Source: Planctomycetota bacterium (GTDB taxonomy: Bacteria > Planctomycetota > Phycisphaerae > UBA1845). Taken from it: a DNA stretch of 32,000 nt. A program made the position numbers and the translations under genes. Shown one piece after another: positions 21,829 through 31,185 of this stretch (position 1 is its first letter; the number at the start of each line of letters is the position of its first letter). The notes beneath the pieces are model-generated. The model searched no databases, was not told the origin of the DNA, and saw only the letters and a list, made by a program, of their open reading frames with translations. The DNA is taken from positions 1 to 32,000 of the forward strand of contig JAUWWQ010000046.1 of assembly GCA_030616775.1 (NCBI GenBank), in the 5' to 3' direction.

Positions 21829-23547
21829 TCAACCCCCGGCCCGTCGCAAGATTGTGATCGTGGGGCTGATCTTGCCGGGGACCGGGGCGCCCCAACCGGC
21901 GAGGCTCAACCAGGAAGAGCCTGTACCGAGATAATGACCCTTGAATGTCGCGACAGGCTGGTAGCCAAACCGACCCGCAAGCAGATCTTTCATGCAGGTC
22001 CTTTGCTGGCTGTTGAAGTCGTCGTAGTTATAGCTCGTCAAGATCAGATAGTCGGGCTGAGGTCTCTCAAAGGCATCGCGGGTCATGGCTACTGAATACG
22101 TCGGGCAGCCAAGGTCACCGAGCCGCGGCAGGTATTGCGGCTTGGAAAACGCGCCCACGCTCGAGGACGGCTCGACATTATCTGCGAGCCAGGCCTCCGC
22201 CGCGTATCGGGAATCTCTGAGCATCTCTGCATCGATTGCCGCCGCATAGCCGATCGTAAGCAAGAAGATCATGCATGGGACGCCCCAGCGGACCTCCGTG
22301 GCCACGTCCTTCCACCGAAGCCACGCCGCTGTGGTCACGCCCACTAAAACGCAGACCAAGGCCATCGGCGGAAACAAGAAACGCGCGTAGACAAAGTTGA
22401 TCTGGGCGATGACGGCCACATAGTAAATTGCAGCCGGAAGCAGCATCACTAATGTCAGCCGGACGTGTCTGCGCACGGCGTACACGACGGCGACGATCAT
22501 GACCGCCAGCATCGGCCAACCCACCCCGCCGGCGGCAAAGTGCAGCGTTCCCAGCAGAAGCCCAAGCTGATTGGGATACCGGTATTCCCCGGCAAGCACG
22601 GAATCAGAGGCGGGAGCAACCCAGTATCTGATCCGTGCGAGGTAACCATCCGGGTTGTCAAGAACGCCGTTGATGACCAGGTACGGCAAGGCAAATGCAG
22701 CCAGCCCCACAACCCATCGCGGCTGCAACAGGACCGAGGTCAGGGCGCGCCACCATGGTCGGGTTATCCGCCGTCGGTGCGTCTCGGCTATGAGCAGGAC
22801 AATCGCCATACCGGGAAAGACGGCGGCCGCGGCATCTTTCGTACACGCCGCCAACGAGGCAAACAAGCCAAGCCACAGGCAGCTCACCCACGAAGACGAC
22901 TGGACCGCTTTGGCGTAGAAGTACACGCTCCACGCAAACCAGCACATAGACGGGATGTCCACGTTTCCCAGATGCGCGAAATAGGTAAACGCGGCGCCGC
23001 TGATCAGCGCTACCGCGGCTGCCAGCGCAGCGGTGTCATCGCAAGTAAGCTGCCGCGTCGCCGCCCACAGGCCCAGCCCGGTCGCGATCGCCATTGCCAC
23101 TGTAATGGCCCGGGCAATCAGAATCAGCAAGCCCACCTTCGGGGCGTGGGGCGGTTTGAGCACCACCCGACCGGTCTGAGGATCAACGACCCGTTGTCCG
23201 GTGTGCTCCCAATACTCAAGGACCGGTTCGTAGGCGGCTCGCAGTATCAAATAGTGCAGTGGGGGATAGCGACCCTTCCATTGATCCGGCCAGCCCTCCA
23301 CCGCACCGATTGCACGATAGGCTGCGATCGTATCCTGGCTCCACGAGCTGGTACCCGGCAGGCCCCAGGTTATGCCAGGCAAGTAAAGAGCCAGTCCGAG
23401 AATCACAATCGCCAAAGGGGCGGCAAACCGGCGTAGGTTTACGGTGTCAGCCAAACGGCTCGAAGCGCCTTTTGAAGAGCCGTTGTTCGACGATTGTCGT
23501 GTCCGGACCTCGTCACTCATACGGTGCGCATCGGTCAACCGCTTCAT
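21829..23547 (-). CDS. Polytopic ArnT/PMT-like (GT-C fold, GT39-type) glycosyltransferase
   Basis: Start chosen at ATG 23547, which overlaps the dipeptidase TGA as ATGA. The ORF-track N-terminus (to 23865) lies inside the dipeptidase gene. About 572 aa with many TM helices. The N-terminal loop has LYLPGITWGLPG..SWSQDTIAA. Confidence 0.75.
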   Translation of the reverse strand: MKRLTDAHRMSDEVRTRQSSNNGSSKGASSRLADTVNLRRFAAPLAIVILGLALYLPGITWGLPGTSSWSQDTIAAYRAIGAVEGWPDQWKGRYPPLHYLILRAAYEPVLEYWEHTGQRVVDPQTGRVVLKPPHAPKVGLLILIARAITVAMAIATGLGLWAATRQLTCDDTAALAAAVALISGAAFTYFAHLGNVDIPSMCWFAWSVYFYAKAVQSSSWVSCLWLGLFASLAACTKDAAAAVFPGMAIVLLIAETHRRRITRPWWRALTSVLLQPRWVVGLAAFALPYLVINGVLDNPDGYLARIRYWVAPASDSVLAGEYRYPNQLGLLLGTLHFAAGGVGWPMLAVMIVAVVYAVRRHVRLTLVMLLPAAIYYVAVIAQINFVYARFLFPPMALVCVLVGVTTAAWLRWKDVATEVRWGVPCMIFLLTIGYAAAIDAEMLRDSRYAAEAWLADNVEPSSSVGAFSKPQYLPRLGDLGCPTYSVAMTRDAFERPQPDYLILTSYNYDDFNSQQRTCMKDLLAGRFGYQPVATFKGHYLGTGSSWLSLAGWGAPVPGKISPTITILRRAGG

Positions 23548-24737
23548 ATAGAAGGGTGCGTACCTTGCAGTCTCTGGGCGCATTTCTGACAGGAATCCAT
23601 CACCCGCAGCACGTTTTCGCCGAGCATCTTCCCCAGGTCCACTTCGCCATATCCACGGCGAAGCAGCTCGGCCGTCAGATTCGCCAGCTTGGAGCAATCC
23701 TCCATGCCCGCCGGTAAGGCCGGCACCCCGTCGAAATCCGACCCGATGCCTACATGGTCCGGACCGATCAGTTGCATCGCATGGTCGAAATGATCGGCGA
23801 GCACGGACAAAGGAGTGACATGCCCTGACACCGGATTGCGTGAGAGACCACCGCTGGCATGCCATTGTCGAACCACGTCCGGGTCAATCGGTGGACACTT
23901 CGGATCGACAAAGGGCACCGAGAAGTTGATCTGAACGACACCGCCGGATTCGGCGATCGCCCGCATCATCTCGTCGGTCAGGTTACGGCGATGCGGCGAC
24001 ACCGCACGGCAGGACGAATGGGTCGCCACGATAGGAGCGGCCGACGTTTTGACAACATCCCGGAACGTATCATCGCTGACGTGTGACACGTCCACCATCA
24101 TGCCCAGCCGGTTGAGCTCCCGCACCACACTCCGCCCGAACGAGGTGAGGCCGTCGTGCAGCGGCGCGAGTGGCTCATGCACACCGGATGAATCCGCCCA
24201 ACTGGTATGAACCGCGTGGGTCAGCGTCAGATAGGCAGCACCCAGACTATGATACTCGCGCAAGATATCCAACGAGTCCTCGATGAGATGGCCACCCTCT
24301 ATGGCGACAATAATGGCGATGCGCCCATCATCCCCGGCCTTTCGTACCTCCGCCGCGGTTCGCGCAGAGGAGAGGTGAGCATTGTGACGACGAATGGTGT
24401 CGTGGATCCGCTCGATCTGGGCCTGGGCGGTGGTATACCCCATGCCGGGTTCGAGGGGTGCGGGTGCAAAGACCGCAAGGAACACGGCGTCAATGCCTCC
24501 CGCCTGTAAGCGCGAGATGTCGACGTGGCCGGCCTGGTGGCGCTCGGCGAAGTCAAAGCCGTCATCCATGAGTCGCTGCGTGGTGTCGCAGTGGGTGTCC
24601 ACAACGACCACGCTTTCATGCAGGCGCCGCGCACGGATGAGATATTCGTCCATCGTGCTGTCCATGAAGGCGGATTGTAGCACCTTTGCACATGGCCGTA
24701 TCGATACTGGGAAGACGGTCCGGGGGTTTGCAGACAT
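23544..24737 (-). CDS. Membrane dipeptidase, peptidase family M19
   Basis: 397 aa. VVVVDTHCDT, GGIDAVFLAVF, AIEGGH, and SHVSD..ATHSS motifs are typical of renal-type dipeptidases. An internal alternative start is possible (MDSTMDEY). Confidence 0.88.
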   Translation of the reverse strand: MSANPRTVFPVSIRPCAKVLQSAFMDSTMDEYLIRARRLHESVVVVDTHCDTTQRLMDDGFDFAERHQAGHVDISRLQAGGIDAVFLAVFAPAPLEPGMGYTTAQAQIERIHDTIRRHNAHLSSARTAAEVRKAGDDGRIAIIVAIEGGHLIEDSLDILREYHSLGAAYLTLTHAVHTSWADSSGVHEPLAPLHDGLTSFGRSVVRELNRLGMMVDVSHVSDDTFRDVVKTSAAPIVATHSSCRAVSPHRRNLTDEMMRAIAESGGVVQINFSVPFVDPKCPPIDPDVVRQWHASGGLSRNPVSGHVTPLSVLADHFDHAMQLIGPDHVGIGSDFDGVPALPAGMEDCSKLANLTAELLRRGYGEVDLGKMLGENVLRVMDSCQKCAQRLQGTHPSI

Positions 24738-24949
24738 AGCGTACCTGTGCTGGCGAGGCCACCCTTATTGGACCTTTATAGCCTTCGGTCGCCAAACCAC
24801 ACAGCCCCGCGGCGACCGATAAATTTGCGAAGGTTAGCGGTCATTCTGCTCGATATGTAGAGCGGTAATAGGACCAAGAGGAGCCCGGCTCGGTTCTATC
24901 CGTCCGGGAAGAGTCCCCGATTTGCCGACTGACACCAAGGAGCTTACAG

Positions 24950-25471
24950 ATGTTGGGAACGTACCGTCTTCTAATTGTGGTAGCGACACTGCCGGCAGCG
25001 GCCGCCGCCTGTAACAAGCTGCACACGACCACAGACTTGCAGACCTCGCGCATGGATGACTCGCGTCAGGCTTACGGAGCGCATCTTACCTACATGGTCG
25101 ACAACGCCATGCTGCATGACATGTCGGTGGCGGATATCCACTTTATCCCGCACACCGGCGAAATCAGCGGTGTCGGCGAAGTCAGACTCAACCGGCTGGC
25201 GAAACTCCTCAACACTTACGGAGGTACGCTCCGTTACGAAACGCTGCTGGATGATGAAGCACTGGTCAAGCAGCGACTTGAACACACCCGCGAATACCTG
25301 GCCCTGACCGGGTGCGACATGGAGCGCGTCCAGGTAGTCGTAATGATGTCGGGCGGACGGGGCATGCCCGGTGACGAGGCCGTCGAGAAATTCGAGAAAG
25401 GCACCGAACAAGAGACCGACAGCGGCTCATCCCCCCTGACGCTAGTCCCAGGTTCATCAGGCAACCAGTAA
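24950..25471 (+). CDS. Hypothetical secreted protein or possible lipoprotein
   Basis: 173 aa. Signal-like LLIVVATLPAAAAAC followed by a soluble domain. No family recognised. Confidence 0.65.
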   Translation: MLGTYRLLIVVATLPAAAAACNKLHTTTDLQTSRMDDSRQAYGAHLTYMVDNAMLHDMSVADIHFIPHTGEISGVGEVRLNRLAKLLNTYGGTLRYETLLDDEALVKQRLEHTREYLALTGCDMERVQVVVMMSGGRGMPGDEAVEKFEKGTEQETDSGSSPLTLVPGSSGNQ

Positions 25472-25479
25472 GGAAGAAG

Positions 25480-27846
25480 GTGACGCCGAACATGCTACGA
25501 GACCGAAGAGCGATCGTTCCAGTGATGGTGACGCTAATCGCAGCCGGATGTGCCGGCTCTGACTATAGGGTATCTCGCTATGGAAAGGAGACCTGGCGGC
25601 CTGTCTCCGATGCTGCCGTCGCCAAGGCGCGGGAAGCTCGGGTCCCGAAGATTCTTCCCGAGACCCACTTCGCCGCAGCCCGGTTGTTCGAATCGCAGGG
25701 CGACTTCCGCAGGGCAGTCACTCAGTATCGCAAGGCCATCGCGGTGAACCACAGCTACGTTGAGGCTTATCACCGTCTTGGTCTGCTGCTGAGCATGACC
25801 GGCCAGCGCCAAGAGGCCGTCAACACTCTTCGTCGCGCCGTTGCACTCAGACCCGACAGCGCAATCCTGCACAACAACCTGGGTTTTGAGCTGGTGCTTG
25901 GCAGACGTTGGAGGGAGGCACAGCGCGAGTTCTTGCGGGCGATCGAACTGCAGCCCGACTTCGCTCGCGCATATATCAATCTGGGGATCGTCCAGAGCAA
26001 ACTGGGGCGGTTTGACGATGGTGTAGCAAGTTTTCAGGCCGTTCTTCCCCAGGCCGACGCGTATTATAACCTGGGCCTGATGTACCGCGGCCAACGGCGC
26101 TACAGCGAGGCAACAAAGGCGTTCCAGTGGGTTCTGTCGCTCAATCCCGACTTTATCGCAGCCCAAAGACAGTTGGATCAGATCGCATCGCACACCGGGC
26201 CCGAAGGGCTGCCTGAGGGTGAGACCCGCGTGGCTGAACTTCCGTTCGATGCGGTAAGCGCTGCCCCGCCGACCCAAGCAGCACCCCAAAGACAACTGAC
26301 CACGGCGGAGGCCTTCGATGAAACGGTCGAAACAGAAGGTGCTCGAGCACCAACACCAACAACGGTAGCGCACCGCGCACCAGACGCATCGTCGTGGAAC
26401 CGGGTTCTCGCCCGGCTGGAAGAGACCCTTCCGCCCTCCGACGGCGCTAGTACGGTGCGGCCGTCGTCCCATACTGACAGAACAAAGAGGAACCAGACCG
26501 TCAGACCTTGGACAGTCGATCAGCCGAGGTCCCCTTCACCGGTCAATAAGGGCAGATCGGCGGGACCCCGTGTCGATTCTGAGCAAACGTGGGCCGACTT
26601 CGAAGCCTTGGCCTTCGCCAGCGAGGCCGAAGACGCGGTCTCTCAAGAAGTATGTTGGGGGGAACCGGCCACGCCCGCCTGCGACGCGACAGCGGTGGAT
26701 GAGTATACGTCAAGGGACTTCTTCAGCAATAGACCTCTGAGCATTACCGAGCCGAGGGAAGCGGACGTGGTGGGAGACTGGCCCGAGGCTGCCGCCTGGG
26801 CGACGGAACCTTGGATGGATGAGGAACCGTGTGAGGAAGATGTTCTCCTGGTCGACGCGGACGCGGCGATGTTCCTGGCCCTGCGGCCAAGTTCCGAGGG
26901 AGCACCAGCGATCCCCGGCATTCACGAAACCGTAACCCCGGTCGAGACATTCGAGCCGTTTGAAGCGGACCAACCCGCGCCGGACTTCTATGCCGCAGAG
27001 CGTACCTCGACGACTAATGACCAAGTGTCGTACGCTGAGACGGAGTTTGGGATGAGCACCGCTGATGCCGGCGAGGCAGGCGTGTGTCTCCTGGAGCCTG
27101 CCGATGAGCAGCCCGCCGCGCCGACCAGTTGCACAGACTCGTGGGCCCTTTTTCGGGAACTTGAGGACCAGTTGACGATCGTGCGCAACGAGATCGCCTG
27201 CTTGGATCAGTCCGGTGCGATGGTTGAAGCGATCACCTCGGCAGAGTCGACGGAGGTCCCAGCCACCGCTGCGTTTCCACCGATCTTGGGTACGGAGGAC
27301 GATCAGTTCATAGGTCCGCCGGCGGAACTGGCTCGCACACCCGAACTCACCCGGCGGAAGGCACGGCCGGCCCGGCTCGTCTCCGACGTGGCCAACGACG
27401 AAGCACGCAAGCAAAGCGATAGAGCCAAGCAGACCCGTAAACCGACCACCGACCTCAAGCGCAGGAGTCCGGTGGATAGGCAACATCCCGAACAGGCCGA
27501 CAGGCCGGCAGAAGACAAGCCCGCAAAAAGAAGAACTCCTACTGCGCGTTCAATGAGCCGGCGTGGGACGTTCCAGAATCTGGAACATGGATTCACGACC
27601 TTCCGCCACGAGTCAAGCGACTGGAATGCGACCGGTGCTTACGGATTCCCCACGGCAGCGCCTTTCGCCATTCTTGACATCGACGCCGATTTGCACCCGG
27701 AGCGAACCCCCAGAAGGATGTTCGGCTGGACCTGCCAACTACCGAAACCGTCTGATAACGCCGAGGAGTCCACGGTCCCGACGATGGATTTGTACTACGA
27801 CATTCGCGGGACCTGTGGCCACCACATCGGCCCATTGCCGGATTAG
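25480..27846 (+). CDS. TPR-repeat protein with a long acidic low-complexity C-terminal region
   Basis: 788 aa. Signal-like VMVTLIAAGC. About 6 TPR units span residues 60-260 (e.g. AYHRLGLLLSMTGQRQEAVNTLRRAVALRPD). The remaining roughly 500 aa are rich in E/D/P/A/T. Confidence 0.85.
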   Translation: MTPNMLRDRRAIVPVMVTLIAAGCAGSDYRVSRYGKETWRPVSDAAVAKAREARVPKILPETHFAAARLFESQGDFRRAVTQYRKAIAVNHSYVEAYHRLGLLLSMTGQRQEAVNTLRRAVALRPDSAILHNNLGFELVLGRRWREAQREFLRAIELQPDFARAYINLGIVQSKLGRFDDGVASFQAVLPQADAYYNLGLMYRGQRRYSEATKAFQWVLSLNPDFIAAQRQLDQIASHTGPEGLPEGETRVAELPFDAVSAAPPTQAAPQRQLTTAEAFDETVETEGARAPTPTTVAHRAPDASSWNRVLARLEETLPPSDGASTVRPSSHTDRTKRNQTVRPWTVDQPRSPSPVNKGRSAGPRVDSEQTWADFEALAFASEAEDAVSQEVCWGEPATPACDATAVDEYTSRDFFSNRPLSITEPREADVVGDWPEAAAWATEPWMDEEPCEEDVLLVDADAAMFLALRPSSEGAPAIPGIHETVTPVETFEPFEADQPAPDFYAAERTSTTNDQVSYAETEFGMSTADAGEAGVCLLEPADEQPAAPTSCTDSWALFRELEDQLTIVRNEIACLDQSGAMVEAITSAESTEVPATAAFPPILGTEDDQFIGPPAELARTPELTRRKARPARLVSDVANDEARKQSDRAKQTRKPTTDLKRRSPVDRQHPEQADRPAEDKPAKRRTPTARSMSRRGTFQNLEHGFTTFRHESSDWNATGAYGFPTAAPFAILDIDADLHPERTPRRMFGWTCQLPKPSDNAEESTVPTMDLYYDIRGTCGHHIGPLPD

Positions 27847-27887
27847 CGGACCGGTGTAAACCGAGAATCACGCGTAGGAACGGTCAA

Positions 27888-27919
27888 AGCGGGCACGCCT
27901 CAACATGGGTGTGCCCGCT
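27888..27919. terminator. Hairpin between convergent genes (possible bidirectional terminator)
   Basis: AGCGGGCACGCC / GGTGTGCCCGCT forms a 12-bp stem including one G-U pair, with an 8-nt loop. It sits between the TPR gene stop (27846) and the Sir2 stop (27946). There is no strong U-tract. Confidence 0.4.
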
Positions 27920-27945
27920 CTCATTTGCGCACATAGGACGCTCGA

Positions 27946-28698
27946 CTACGAGCTGACCTCGCAGCGTTCCAAGACAGCCCGCATGGTCTCCCCGATCGGC
28001 TCGCGGATTATCAGATCAGCCAGGTAGTCAAGTGGGGTTTCGGTATTGTTGATGATGGCCAGCGTGGCCCCGTGTTCCTTGCCCAGCCGCGGCAGAGACG
28101 CAGCCGGCTCGACAACCAGTGAGGATCCGATCGCCAGGTATACGTCGGCCTCCATCGACAGCCGGGTCGCCTCCTCCATCTCGCGCTCGGGCATGGGCTG
28201 GCCAAAAGAGACGGTCTTCGATTTGAGCGGTGCTCCGCACTCGTCACAGTCTGGTGCTTCGTCGCCGGCCTCGACCCGGACCAGCACCTCGGCAGGCGGC
28301 CATTCCTTACCACACCCGATGCACTCGACCATGCGGGCGGTGCCGTGAAGCTCGATAACTCGCCGGCTGCCGGCCTGCTGGTGCAGACCGTCGATGTTCT
28401 GCGTGATGACGGCGACGATCTTGCCGAGTTCTTCCAACCGGGCGATGGCCCGATGACCGTCGTTGGGCTCGGCCTGGCCGAACTCGCGGTGGAGCTGGAC
28501 ACGCATTTTCCAATAGCGCACCCGGGCCTCACGTGAGGCCAGAAACTCGTGATACATCACCGGCTTGTGCTTCGACCACACCCCGCCCGGACTGCGAAAA
28601 TCCGGTATCCCACTCTCCGTACTGATCCCCGCACCGGTAAAGGCAATACCCACCTGTGCGTTCTTGACAAGTCGGGCTAGGGTCTGAACCGTGGACAT
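27946..28698 (-). CDS. cobB: NAD-dependent protein deacylase, Sir2 family
   Basis: GAGISTESGIPDFRSPGGVW, QNIDGLH, and the Zn ribbon CIGCG...CDECG. Start chosen at ATG 28698 (250 aa); the ORF track start is 28758. Confidence 0.9.
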   Translation of the reverse strand: MSTVQTLARLVKNAQVGIAFTGAGISTESGIPDFRSPGGVWSKHKPVMYHEFLASREARVRYWKMRVQLHREFGQAEPNDGHRAIARLEELGKIVAVITQNIDGLHQQAGSRRVIELHGTARMVECIGCGKEWPPAEVLVRVEAGDEAPDCDECGAPLKSKTVSFGQPMPEREMEEATRLSMEADVYLAIGSSLVVEPAASLPRLGKEHGATLAIINNTETPLDYLADLIIREPIGETMRAVLERCEVSS

Positions 28699-28944
28699 AC
28701 GACATGCATGATAGCAGGTCCCTGCCGTAACCGCAGCGCCCATCCATAACCGGATCAAAATGGTTGGGTGCGGTCCTGAAGTCTCCTGCTCGCGTGTGAG
28801 GCCCCAAAGCGCCCGATGTGGCGGAGCCTAACGTATCAGTGATAGGTCTTTTGCGAACTGTCGCGCTTCTGGAAAACGAGCCTTGAGCTGCGGCTTCGTC
28901 TCAGCGAACTCCTCTGCGAGCGTCTTGCCCGTCGCTCCACGTGA

Positions 28945-30918
28945 ATGCAGAAACACCAGGGTGGTTCGGCACTCACTGTGGCGGGAGGCGGGGTCGGTCT
29001 GCTAAGATGGGCGGCGATGGTCGAGCACGCAAGAGCCGTTGGACAGTCGGAGAGTAGTGGCAGTCGTGGAGCTGGAGTGCCACGCACTGGCATTGGGCGC
29101 GGCGACCGACGGAGGGCGTGGGCGGTGCTGGCCGTAGTGGCCGTGGCAGTGACTGTGCGACTGAGCTTCGAGATCGAAACGCATGATGTGCCAACAGTGC
29201 GTCACTTGGTCGGTGACGCGGCCGGATACTACCAGTGGGCGACGAAGATAGCGAGCGGCGAGTGGCTGGGGGATGAGTCGTTTTATCAGGCGCCATTGTA
29301 TCCGTATGTGCTGGGATTGTGGCTAAGGCATGCTGGGTGGGAGATAGGCGGGATTCGGCTATTGCAAGCGCTGTGGGGAGCGTTGGGAGTATGGTGTCTG
29401 TGTTGTGGCACGGCGCGGATATTGGGGTGGAGGACGGGGATTGTTGCGGGGGCGATGTTGGCAGTGTACGCCCCGGCAGTATTTTTTGACGGCATCGTGC
29501 AGAAGACCTCTTTGGGGTGTTTGCTGGTGTGTGTGCTGCTGGTGGTGATGGGATGGGCAGAGCACGCGAAAAGAGGCTACGTGGCGGCGGTGGTGATGGG
29601 CGCTGTGGCCGGATTGCTGGTGCTGACGCGCGAGAACGCGATCGTGTGGCTTCCGCTGGTCGGGATCTGGCTGTTAATGAGGGGAGGAAAGGTTACTGGC
29701 ACCGTGTCCAGTCGGAGGTTTTCGGGCAAGGGAGTGCTTCGGACTCTCCACGGCCGGCACGGGGACCGGCGGCTACACCGGGCATCGGACTCGTCAACGG
29801 GAAGCGGCACTGGGCGGAAGAGACTGGTGCTAATTGGAGGGTACACTCTTGGCTTAGCGGTGGTTCTTACACCTGTGGGCATACGAAACAAGGTGGTCGG
29901 TGGTGAGTGGTCGTTGTCCACGTTTCAGGCGGGGCCTAACTTCTACATTGGCAACCATCGCGGTGCAGACGGGCGGTATCAGCCGCTGGTTCGGGGGCAT
30001 GAAACGCCGGCGTTTGAGCGACAGGACGCCACGGTCTTGGCAGAGCGTGACTTGGGACGGACGCTTTCGCCACGGGAGGTTTCGCGCTACTGGATGGGGC
30101 GGGCGATGGGGGATATCCGGGATAATCCGCTACGGTGGCTGGGGTTGACGATTCGGAAGATGTTGATGGTCTGGAATCGTTATGAGGTTTCGGATGCGGA
30201 GAGCCTGGAGGTCTACAGAGACGACTCCGTGACACTGCGTGTGCTGGGCTCGGTATGGCACTTCGGGATTTTGTGTCCCCTGGCGGCGGTCGGGGTGGTG
30301 GCCACACGAAGTCAATGGCGGCGTCTGTGGATTTATTACGCGCTGATAGTGTCGATGGCATTGGCAGTTGCGCTGTTTTACGTGATGGCCCGCTACCGGT
30401 TTCCACTGGTGCCGCTGTTGATTCCCTTTGCAGCAGCCGGGTGCGTGGAGCTTTGGGATCGAATGCGTATACGGGCGTTTCAGCGGCTACTGGGGCCAGT
30501 CACTGTCGGACTGGTGGTAGCCGCTGTTGTGAACTGGCCGGTGCACGATGAGAAACGGCTCAATGCCATGGCCTGGATGAACGTGGGTGTAGCCTTGGCT
30601 CAGCAGGGTGAGGTGGAGGATGCGACGCATTATTTCCGCAAGGCGGTCAACGATCATCCTGAATCCGCGGAAGCCAACAACAATCTTGCTCAGGCACTGG
30701 CCCTTGGTGGAGACTACGCCGGGGCGATTCCACACTATCAGGCTGCACTCGCGGCAGAGCCGACGTTGATGGGCGTGGACTACAACCTGGCCGTGGCTTT
30801 GGAGCGGGTCGGTCGGTTGGACGAGGCACTGGTGCACTATCAGCGAGCTGTCGAGCTTGATCCGTCAGACAATGATGCCCGGGCGGGAATTGGGCGCCTG
30901 CGAGCGGATCGGCGCTAG
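28945..30918 (+). CDS. ArnT/PMT-like GT-C glycosyltransferase fused to C-terminal TPR repeats
   Basis: 657 aa. The N-terminal polytopic domain has DAAGYYQWATKIASGEW..FYQAPLYPY. The C-terminus has about 4 TPR units (NVGVALAQQGEVEDATHYFRKAVNDHP...). The exact start is uncertain (several in-frame M/V). Confidence 0.8.
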   Translation: MQKHQGGSALTVAGGGVGLLRWAAMVEHARAVGQSESSGSRGAGVPRTGIGRGDRRRAWAVLAVVAVAVTVRLSFEIETHDVPTVRHLVGDAAGYYQWATKIASGEWLGDESFYQAPLYPYVLGLWLRHAGWEIGGIRLLQALWGALGVWCLCCGTARILGWRTGIVAGAMLAVYAPAVFFDGIVQKTSLGCLLVCVLLVVMGWAEHAKRGYVAAVVMGAVAGLLVLTRENAIVWLPLVGIWLLMRGGKVTGTVSSRRFSGKGVLRTLHGRHGDRRLHRASDSSTGSGTGRKRLVLIGGYTLGLAVVLTPVGIRNKVVGGEWSLSTFQAGPNFYIGNHRGADGRYQPLVRGHETPAFERQDATVLAERDLGRTLSPREVSRYWMGRAMGDIRDNPLRWLGLTIRKMLMVWNRYEVSDAESLEVYRDDSVTLRVLGSVWHFGILCPLAAVGVVATRSQWRRLWIYYALIVSMALAVALFYVMARYRFPLVPLLIPFAAAGCVELWDRMRIRAFQRLLGPVTVGLVVAAVVNWPVHDEKRLNAMAWMNVGVALAQQGEVEDATHYFRKAVNDHPESAEANNNLAQALALGGDYAGAIPHYQAALAAEPTLMGVDYNLAVALERVGRLDEALVHYQRAVELDPSDNDARAGIGRLRADRR

Positions 30919-31185
30919 CCTGGATTTTCGCCCGAGGGGATTCGCTCCCAATCCATTTGACCGCGCGGGCTCGTTGTTCGCACGGTATCCCGCTTTTTCG
31001 CCGGCGTAGGCAGATCCGTGGGCCTGTTCAGGAAGTGGGCGAGTATCGCTTCGCGTGATACCTGTGACCGGTCGTGCCCGTCTGCGTCTTGGTTCTTCAT
31101 CTCGGCTACTGAGTATTCTATCTGGATTTCTACGCGTAGCGCCAGCTCGGTGTGGCCCCACGGGCGGTCAGCAACCCGAGTCCCC

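Noticed and set aside
21245-21934. 229-aa plus-strand ORF with the internally repeated peptide MHPIAEYPYSRA
   Set aside because: It spans the maf 5' end, the intergenic region and the 3' end of the glycosyltransferase gene. The peptide repeat is simply the translated DNA direct repeat.
22465-23436. 323-aa plus-strand ORF
   Set aside because: It is antisense to the polytopic glycosyltransferase and has an Arg/Gly/Pro/His-rich shadow frame.
23548-23865. N-terminal 106 codons of the 678-aa ORF
   Set aside because: It lies inside the M19 dipeptidase coding region in another frame. ATG 23547 gives a classic ATGA stop/start overlap.
25534-27486. 312-aa and 258-aa minus-strand ORFs
   Set aside because: Both are antisense to the TPR protein gene and have no motifs.
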